This document shows, one piece after another, positions 56,808 to 64,000 of a stretch of 64,000 bases of DNA; the stretch's first letter is position 1; each line of letters opens with the position of its first letter. The position numbers and the translations under genes were made by a program. The stretch covers positions 4,164 through 68,163 of the forward strand of contig ONFA01000008.1 in assembly GCA_900316975.1 (NCBI GenBank). The letters are read 5' to 3'. A model generated the notes under the pieces. That model was not told where the DNA came from. It searched no databases and saw only the letters and a list, made by a program, of their open reading frames with translations. Source of the stretch: an uncultured Prevotellaceae bacterium. GTDB taxonomy: Bacteria; Bacteroidota; Bacteroidia; Bacteroidales; Bacteroidaceae.

Positions 56808-57818
56808 ATGGCACGTCATTTGCTTTCCAACATCAGTTCCGCCTATATCGAGGCTGCGAACCGTTTGCGACCCAAGACCCGCAAACGGAAGATTGTGGCG
56901 TATGTGGAATCGTATGACGACATCTTCTTCTGGCGGGACGTGCTGAGTGAGTTTGAGGACGAGAACACCGCGTTCGAGGTGATGCTGCCCAGCCGAACCA
57001 ACTTGAACCGTGGGAAGAAAACTGCATTGATGAACAAACTTGGAGAGTCTTTAGGAGGATACATGATTGCCTGCGTGGATGCCGACCTCGACTATCTCTT
57101 GCAGCGTCACACACCTTCCTCCCAAAGGATGCTTGACAACCCTTATGTGCTCCACACCTATGCTTACTCCATCGAAAGTTTCCAGTGCTATGCCCCCTCG
57201 CTGCACAATGTGTGTGTGATGGCAACCCTAAACGACCGCGACATCTTTAACTTTGAGGAATACCTGCGCCAGTACTCTGAAATCATTTATGAACTGTTTG
57301 TCTGGATGGTGTGGTTGCATCGACGTGGACGCTATAATGACTTTCCCCTCACGAACTTCAACAACATTGTGTCGGTGGAGCAACTCAATGTATTCAAGCC
57401 CATCGATGCACTTGAACGTGTGCGCAAGCAGGTGAACCGCAAATTGGCTTGGCTTCAGCAACACGTGAAAGATGCCAAGGGGAAACTCACCCCGTTGAAA
57501 CAGGAACTTGCCGAACTCGGGGTGAGAAAAGACAACACCTATCTCTTCATCCAAGGGCACCACCTGATGGAAAATGTGGTGGATGCCGCTCTGACCCCCG
57601 TGTGCACCATCCTTCGACGCGAACGGGAAAAAGACATCAAGATGCTGGCACGGGGCAACAGCCAGCAGATGAACAACGAACTCTCCTGCTATTCCCACAG
57701 CCAGTTCCAACCAGCCCAGATGCTACGTCGCAACACCCAATATAAGGATTGCGACGCCTATATTATGCTACGGAACCAAGTGGCTGATTTCTTGCAGAGA
57801 CAACAGAACAAGAACTAA
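56808..57818 (+). CDS. DUF4435/Toprim-like protein (AriB/OLD-nuclease-like)
   Basis: KIVAYVESYDDIFFW (Toprim-type Glu) and IACVDADLDYLL (DxD) have the order and spacing expected for DUF4435. 336 aa. Confidence 0.7.
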   Translation: MARHLLSNISSAYIEAANRLRPKTRKRKIVAYVESYDDIFFWRDVLSEFEDENTAFEVMLPSRTNLNRGKKTALMNKLGESLGGYMIACVDADLDYLLQRHTPSSQRMLDNPYVLHTYAYSIESFQCYAPSLHNVCVMATLNDRDIFNFEEYLRQYSEIIYELFVWMVWLHRRGRYNDFPLTNFNNIVSVEQLNVFKPIDALERVRKQVNRKLAWLQQHVKDAKGKLTPLKQELAELGVRKDNTYLFIQGHHLMENVVDAALTPVCTILRREREKDIKMLARGNSQQMNNELSCYSHSQFQPAQMLRRNTQYKDCDAYIMLRNQVADFLQRQQNKN

Positions 57819-59725
57819 GTACAGGGGATGTCGAAAATGAAACGTGCTCCTTCTGTGTAGGTGGAATCGAGCACAAGTGTGCCTCCCAACAAATGTGCAT
57901 ATTGTTGAGACAGTCCAAGTCCAAGTCCTAACCCTTCGCTGAAACTGTCAAGTTTGACGAAGGGAATAAACACATGGTCACGCTCCGCCTCGGTGATGCC
58001 CACACCTTTGTCCTCGATGACGAAGCGCAGGGTGGTGCTGTCCATCAATGTCAGCGTCATGCCCACTTCTTTGCCTGACGCGAACTTCTTCGCGTTGATG
58101 AGCAATTCTCTCAAGACTCTGTTGAGGTAGAGACGGTTGGTGTGTATCGTGAAGTGGTCGGGCAGGGTTGTCGTGAAGTTCAGAACCACGTCGTGCGGTG
58201 CTTTCTCTTCGAACGACTTGATGACGTTCTGCACCGCAGGAATGACCTCCACCTCCTTGGACAAATCGAGTTTCTGCCCGCCATCCATGCGGGACACATC
58301 GAAAATCATCGTGGACATACGCTGAATCGTGTCTGCGTTCTGCTTCATGGTCTCCGCAAAGTTCACCACTTCCTCTTTGGGCAGGAGGGTGAAGGTCTCG
58401 CGCAACACTTGCATGAAGCCTGCTATAATGTTGAGGGGTGTGCGTATCTGAAGGGACACGTCATGGATGAACGCGGCTTTCCGTCGGTCGGAATCTTCTA
58501 TGAGGGCGTTGGCGGTCTGCAGTTCGCTGTTGCGCCTTTCGGCCTCATCGTTCACCCGCTGTATGTCGCTGATGTTTGCATTGATGGACTGCTGCATCTG
58601 TACAAAACTGTTTTGCAGATGCCCTACCACATCGACGCGGTTGCTTGAAGGGAGGGGCTTGTGGTAGTGTCCGGCTGTGATGTGGCGTGACTGCTGTGCC
58701 AGTTGGTCGAGCGGACGGATGAAATGCTGGACTATTTTCCAACAAACTATAAGCATCAGCACCAAACCGATGACAAGCAGCGGGATGAGGATGTAGCCCA
58801 AACGGTTGTAGCCTGCAAAGATCTCACTTTCAGGACAGACGAGGGCGATGCTCCATGTGGTGCCTTTCAACGGCTGATAGAACACGATGCAAGGTTTCCC
58901 GTCCACATTGACACGCATGTTTCCAGTCTTTCCCGAGGTCATTTCGTGTCCCAACACAATGATGTCGTGATGTTTATGGGCATCAACGGATGAGAATATG
59001 CTCTCCTTCACCAATTTCAACCTGTCGGGGTGGACAAAATAGCGTCCGTCTGTGCCAAGCATCATGCAGTAAGAGTGAGGATACGGCTTTTCGGCAGTGA
59101 TGGCACGGGAAAGCCATTCGATGGAAAGGTCTGTGGAGATGACGCCAATGAAGTCGCCCTGCGGATTCTTCAAAGGCTTGCAATAAGATGCAATCATGAC
59201 GGGAGATGAGAGTGTCCCCTCATTGAAGTCGTTGAAGGGATCGACCCAACATGCCTCATTCCGCTCACGAGGAGTCTTGTACCACACCTTCTCATAATAG
59301 TTGTACTTTCCTTCGATGACGGTTTCTATCGTGTCGTGCCCCCTCAGAGAATAGACGGAAAAGGGGGTGCCGAACTGAGGGAAGAATGCGGGTTCCATGG
59401 TGATGGAGCATCCGTTGACATTGGGATTGAGTTCAACCACACGACGAGTGTAGTTGTAAAGGGAATCGGGCTGGAGATTTTTGATTGCCAACCATTCCAT
59501 GTTGTCGGTGGCTTTTTCCACTTCGTTAAGGTATCCCGTCACCCGCAAGGCGGTGTTCTCAAGCATGCGGGTGGCATGTTCCATCGCCTCCTGCTTCACG
59601 AGCTGCCGTGAGCGTTGGAAGAGGAAGCCGAGGCTGAGGACGAACACCATCACCACAAATAGCAAGATGCCTAAACTCAGTTTCAGCGACAACGAGCGGT
59701 TGATATGGAAGAATACGCTTTTCAT
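57815..59725 (-). CDS. Sensor histidine kinase (Cache-like periplasmic domain, HAMP, HisKA, HATPase_c)
   Basis: TM1 LGILLFVVMVFVLSLGFLF and TM2 ILIPLLVIGLVLMLIV. H-box AAFIHDVSLQIRTPLN. ATPase boxes EDKGVGI and GLGLGLGLS. Confidence 0.88.
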   Translation of the reverse strand: MKSVFFHINRSLSLKLSLGILLFVVMVFVLSLGFLFQRSRQLVKQEAMEHATRMLENTALRVTGYLNEVEKATDNMEWLAIKNLQPDSLYNYTRRVVELNPNVNGCSITMEPAFFPQFGTPFSVYSLRGHDTIETVIEGKYNYYEKVWYKTPRERNEACWVDPFNDFNEGTLSSPVMIASYCKPLKNPQGDFIGVISTDLSIEWLSRAITAEKPYPHSYCMMLGTDGRYFVHPDRLKLVKESIFSSVDAHKHHDIIVLGHEMTSGKTGNMRVNVDGKPCIVFYQPLKGTTWSIALVCPESEIFAGYNRLGYILIPLLVIGLVLMLIVCWKIVQHFIRPLDQLAQQSRHITAGHYHKPLPSSNRVDVVGHLQNSFVQMQQSINANISDIQRVNDEAERRNSELQTANALIEDSDRRKAAFIHDVSLQIRTPLNIIAGFMQVLRETFTLLPKEEVVNFAETMKQNADTIQRMSTMIFDVSRMDGGQKLDLSKEVEVIPAVQNVIKSFEEKAPHDVVLNFTTTLPDHFTIHTNRLYLNRVLRELLINAKKFASGKEVGMTLTLMDSTTLRFVIEDKGVGITEAERDHVFIPFVKLDSFSEGLGLGLGLSQQYAHLLGGTLVLDSTYTEGARFIFDIPCT

Positions 59726-61344
59726 GAGTTCGGTCTATTTTTTGTTTCGCTTTCTTCCCCTGCAATTCGGTCGAGTACAGACGAGGCCGTCTTGTCCTCG
59801 CCGTCCTTCCTGTTCTTCTTGGGGATGTCAAGCATCTGGTCTAACAAATCAGTGATAGTCTTCGTGTGGTTCATCACATCCTCCGACATGGACACGACAT
59901 CTTCCTTCTTCAATTCGGCATGACGTGCCGACAAGTCATCGACAATGGCCACGATACCTTTGATGGGCAGAATCATCTTGTCAGCAATCTTATGGATAAG
60001 ATTCATCTTTATGTTGTCAGCATCCTTCACCTCTTCATGGATAGCACCCAAAGTTTCATTTTGCTCCTTGAGGTTACGGGACAACTTCCTCATCTGCTGA
60101 ATGTGGCGATACAGAGATGTCTGCATGGCACCAAAACTGTTTTGCAACACACCTATCTCATCCGTCCTGTTCGTGGAGGGTATCGTGCCCGAATAGTTGC
60201 CTCGCGCAATGCGCTGTGCCGACTTTGCCAACATGTTGAGCGGAGCCAATTGGCGGCTGACGAAACAGAAGCAGAAGGACACAATCAACACGATGCCCAG
60301 CAGGATGATGACTGTCATGTAGGATTGCTGCCGGTGGCTGGCTTCGAAGATGTCGCTTTCAGGACAAACTATGCAGGCACTCCAATGCTTGTTGTTGAGC
60401 GATTTGAAAAGCACGTATGAGTCCTTGCCGAACAAACGGACAGAGCGGCATCCCGACTCGCCTGCCAGCATGGATTCCACAAGTTCCCCCACTCGCTCGT
60501 CGGGTTCCTGTCTGGCAACATCACGCAACATGCTATGGTAGAGTTTCGTGCTGTCAGGGTGGATGATGTAGGAACCCTGCACACCCAACATCATACAATA
60601 GGAATGGGGGAAAGGCTTCGAGTCAAGCACGACACGGGACAGCCATGCCACTGAAATGTCGGCAGCCATCACACCCACAATGCTCCCCTGCTTGTCATGG
60701 ATGGGCATGCAGCAAGACACCACAGTGGAGTTGACGGTGTCATTTGGCGCATGTGGCCGCACCCAGCAAGTCAAGTTCTCCTGCTTGGGTATATTGTACC
60801 AATTGACCTGCCAATAAGGCACATCGCTAAACATGTCCGGCTCAATCACCAATGGGTCATGAGTAAGCATGATTTCATCCTTGTCTTCCTCCATGCGGTA
60901 GGTGTACGTGATATAGGACTCACCCTTCTCCTTGTAGTAGCCTGGCTCAAAAGCAATGGCACACCCCATGATGTCGGGATTGCTCTCCAGCATCTTCACG
61001 CTATACGTCACCATCGCATCGGGATTGTCCAGATGCTGCTCTACATTCCAAAGCATGTTTCTCGTCGCCACTTCCACTTTGTGCAACTGATTGTCAATTT
61101 GCAGCACCTTACCATCAAGCATCTGCTGTGTCTTTGCCAATGATTCCTGTTCAATTGCATGGTGGGAGTATCGGAACATAATGACAAGGGCAGCCACAAA
61201 CAAGATGGTCACCGACATCAATACCCATAAGCTGATTCGTGCAGAGAGTGTTTTACGAAAATATTGAACTATTTTAATCAAAGGCTTCTTTCTGTTATAA
61301 TACAACAAGAATTTCTTATTCCTGTTTTGAGCGCAAATATACAA
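59722..61344 (-). CDS. Paralogous Cache-HAMP-DHp sensor lacking the ATPase domain
   Basis: Same architecture as the downstream kinase up to the DHp (MNLIHKIADKMILPIKGI), then a short acidic tail. Stop/start ATGA overlap at 59722-59725. The TTG at 61344 sits in a TATATTTG box, so the TTG at 61281 (IKIVQYFRKTLSARISL) aligns better with the paralog N-terminus. Confidence 0.75.
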   Translation of the reverse strand: MYICAQNRNKKFLLYYNRKKPLIKIVQYFRKTLSARISLWVLMSVTILFVAALVIMFRYSHHAIEQESLAKTQQMLDGKVLQIDNQLHKVEVATRNMLWNVEQHLDNPDAMVTYSVKMLESNPDIMGCAIAFEPGYYKEKGESYITYTYRMEEDKDEIMLTHDPLVIEPDMFSDVPYWQVNWYNIPKQENLTCWVRPHAPNDTVNSTVVSCCMPIHDKQGSIVGVMAADISVAWLSRVVLDSKPFPHSYCMMLGVQGSYIIHPDSTKLYHSMLRDVARQEPDERVGELVESMLAGESGCRSVRLFGKDSYVLFKSLNNKHWSACIVCPESDIFEASHRQQSYMTVIILLGIVLIVSFCFCFVSRQLAPLNMLAKSAQRIARGNYSGTIPSTNRTDEIGVLQNSFGAMQTSLYRHIQQMRKLSRNLKEQNETLGAIHEEVKDADNIKMNLIHKIADKMILPIKGIVAIVDDLSARHAELKKEDVVSMSEDVMNHTKTITDLLDQMLDIPKKNRKDGEDKTASSVLDRIAGEESETKNRPNS

Positions 61345-61454
61345 ATTTTATGTATATAAGAAGAATTTTTTTTCAAAAAAATGTTGTTCCTTCATAAAAA
61401 AACATCGTTCGGGCATGATTGCGAGTGCCTTTTTCTGACTTTTCCGCAAAGAAC

Positions 61455-61496
61455 GGGAAAAAGCGGGACTGCACCCATCAAGGCACAGTCCCGCTT
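61455..61496 (-). terminator. Rho-independent terminator after the GH51 gene
   Basis: An 11-bp stem AAGCGGGACTG / CAGTCCCGCTT, followed on the minus strand by tttttcccgttctttg. Confidence 0.75.
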
Positions 61497-61523
61497 GCAT
61501 GTTCATCACAAAGTGACAAAAAA

Positions 61524-63524
61524 TCACTTCACCTTCAGACGAATCACGTTAGCCGAATAAGGTTCAACCGTCAGTTTCATCTTCTTCGCAATCTTGACAT
61601 CCTTCGTCTGAGGAGCCACAGGCTGAGCGTCGAAGTTGTTCTCAGCATCAATCGAGGCATTGCTGATGGTGGTCATCGGAGCCACAGATGGGAAGCCCTT
61701 GAACTTGCCCAAGTCGATGGTGGCAGTCTTTGCTTCAGCAGCGGCATTGATGAGTTTAATGTACAACTCACCCTTCTCCGTGTTGAGCACAGCCGAAGTG
61801 CCTTGATACTTGTCACCGCCCTCGAACTTAGCCACATCGCCATAGTAGTAGTCGCCAGAAGTGGTGCCGAACATCTGCTGCACGTAGTAACTGCAAGTGT
61901 AGATGACCTTCTCGTTGTCGAAGTAGATGAGGTCAGGATTCCAACTCTCGTGGTTCTTCTTGCAGAAGAGAGGAGCATAACTTGTCATGGTCACCACGTC
62001 GCCGTTTCGTTCGATGCCAAGAAGATAGAGACCTTCGTAAAGCGCATCAGCCAGTTTCTTATCCTTAGCGGCATATTCACCCAAATAAACCTTTGTCTTG
62101 CGGTCGCGTGGGTAGTTGTCATAGTTGGCCTGGTTGTCGAGGAAGTAGTTGCGTGGCTCGTAGTAGTGCTCATCCAGAATGTCCACACCTGTCTCTTCTG
62201 CAATCCTCCAACCGTTCTCGAAGTCAGGATTGCCCTTGTGAGAGCCAGGACCTGCTGTGCCGACAATCACAATGTCAGGATATTTCGCACGTACACGATC
62301 ATATATGTACTTGAAACGCTCCTCAAACTCCTTCGTAATCTTCTCCTCGTTGCCGAGACCCAGATACTTCAGGTTGAAAGGCTTGGGGTGACCTGCTTCC
62401 GCACGCACCTTACCCCACTTGGTGTTCACGTCGCCGTTTGCCCACTCAATGAGGTCAAGCGCTTCGTTCACCCATTCATCCATCTCGCTCATAGGCACAG
62501 CATCCTGAGCCTGAGTGCGCATGCTCCAGCCACCATTCGTACCCTGGCAGTTCACGCCACAAGGAAGAATAGGAAGTGGCTCCATGCCAAGGTCTTCGCA
62601 GAACTGGAAGTACTCATAGTAACCGAGACCCATTGACTGGTGATAGCCCCAAGTGTTCTTCAAGCCGCGACGTTGCTCCTTCGGACCCACCGTCGTCTTC
62701 CAGCGGTAAGTGTCCCAGAAACCGTCACCGCCACCATGCACCACGCAACCGCCAGGGAAACGCATGAACTTAGGCTCCAGACCTGCCAGCGCCTCAGCGA
62801 GGTCCTTGCGCAAACCATGACCCTTGTAAGTGTCCTGTGGCATCAGCGAAACCATATCAATGTCAAGGTCGCCCTGAGTCAGCACCAAAATCTGCAAACT
62901 GGCATTTGTGCAGTCCTCCGCTGACGTCAGCGTGGCCTCATATTTTTTCCAAGCAGCGTCACCCACATTCAGCGTGGTCTCAGCCAACACGGTAGGCTGA
63001 GCGCCCCATCCCTGTCCTGGCTTCACCAGCACCACACGCACCTGCTTTGCAGCACCAAAGTTGCGGAAGAACACGGAGAAGTCATACTTCGCACCAGCCT
63101 TCACGCTGATGCCGTCGAAACCGTCGTTCTCCAAGCCAAAGCCCTTCCAACCTGCATAGTCGTAATACTCCTTCACACGCTCCGTGTGCAGACGCATATA
63201 GGTAGGGTTGTTAGGATGGATGGGGTTGTCCATGCGTACCTGCAACATACCCAGCGAATGACCCGGACGTGCCGTTTTCCATGATGTACCAGGCCCCCAT
63301 CCGTCACGCTCGTTAGGATTGTACTCAAACGAGCCATTCTCTATCAACTCAGCATACAAACCACCATCAGCCGAGTAACTGATGTCTTCGAAGAAGATGC
63401 CGATGAGTTCCTTACTGATTTTCTTACCTCCTGCAGGAGCCTTCACTTTCTGAGCCGAAGCCGACAGCGGTGCTCCCAAAAATGCTGCAAGCGTAACAGC
63501 CTGCATAACGTTTCTGAATGACAT
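61524..63524 (-). CDS. GH51-like alpha-L-arabinofuranosidase
   Basis: GGLYAELIENGSFEY, FMRFPGGCVVHGG, YLGLGNEE and VYLGEYA follow the GH51 block order. Signal peptide present. Confidence 0.75.
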   Translation of the reverse strand: MSFRNVMQAVTLAAFLGAPLSASAQKVKAPAGGKKISKELIGIFFEDISYSADGGLYAELIENGSFEYNPNERDGWGPGTSWKTARPGHSLGMLQVRMDNPIHPNNPTYMRLHTERVKEYYDYAGWKGFGLENDGFDGISVKAGAKYDFSVFFRNFGAAKQVRVVLVKPGQGWGAQPTVLAETTLNVGDAAWKKYEATLTSAEDCTNASLQILVLTQGDLDIDMVSLMPQDTYKGHGLRKDLAEALAGLEPKFMRFPGGCVVHGGGDGFWDTYRWKTTVGPKEQRRGLKNTWGYHQSMGLGYYEYFQFCEDLGMEPLPILPCGVNCQGTNGGWSMRTQAQDAVPMSEMDEWVNEALDLIEWANGDVNTKWGKVRAEAGHPKPFNLKYLGLGNEEKITKEFEERFKYIYDRVRAKYPDIVIVGTAGPGSHKGNPDFENGWRIAEETGVDILDEHYYEPRNYFLDNQANYDNYPRDRKTKVYLGEYAAKDKKLADALYEGLYLLGIERNGDVVTMTSYAPLFCKKNHESWNPDLIYFDNEKVIYTCSYYVQQMFGTTSGDYYYGDVAKFEGGDKYQGTSAVLNTEKGELYIKLINAAAEAKTATIDLGKFKGFPSVAPMTTISNASIDAENNFDAQPVAPQTKDVKIAKKMKLTVEPYSANVIRLKVK

Positions 63525-63565
63525 AAGTTATTAAGTTTTTGTGTTGGTTATTAAGTTTTCGGGCA

Positions 63566-64000
<435 letters not shown>

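Noticed and set aside
61419-62636. 405-aa ORF on the plus strand
   Set aside because: It is antisense to the well-supported GH51 gene. It is low-complexity (Val/Leu/His-rich) and has no promoter box.

Overview
This is a 64-kb chromosomal segment that looks like a Prevotella/Segatella-type Bacteroidota genome. The inference rests on TAnnTTTG -7 promoter boxes in front of most operons, three proteins with T9SS C-terminal sorting domains, and the gene content. I support about 46 CDS. I found no rRNA, tRNA, CRISPR array, transposase or integrase. The dominant theme is glucuronoarabinoxylan and xylose utilisation: xylA, xylB, a GH43 Xsa-like enzyme, a GPH xyloside symporter, GH67, GH115, a second GH43-like enzyme, a CE1-type esterase, a GH3 with PA14 insert, GH51, and a GH2 LacZ-like beta-galactosidase. 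Interspersed are two-component genes (several with missing domains), an ECF sigma/anti-sigma operon, a DcuB-type transporter, two divergent patatin genes and housekeeping genes (TrmH-like, CinA/PncC-like, PurF-like, tyrS). Five things deserve a second look. (1) A compact ABC-ATPase plus DUF4435/Toprim-like gene pair at 55862-57818 resembles PARIS AriA/AriB, with a much shorter ATPase. (2) Low-complexity, heptad-periodic, partly palindromic cassettes fill 6 of the 8 divergent intergenic regions and carry -7 boxes at both ends; one has a perfect 50-bp inverted repeat. (3) A perfect 33-bp inverted repeat with G-quadruplex motifs sits in frame inside a membrane-protein CDS. (4) A hybrid two-component system appears to be disassembled into a sensor-only protein, translationally coupled to an M6 metalloprotease, and a kinase-dead DHp-REC-AraC remnant. 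(5) There are several dispersed or tandem repeats and a MITE-like element. All protein-family calls come from motif recognition by eye, not from database searches.
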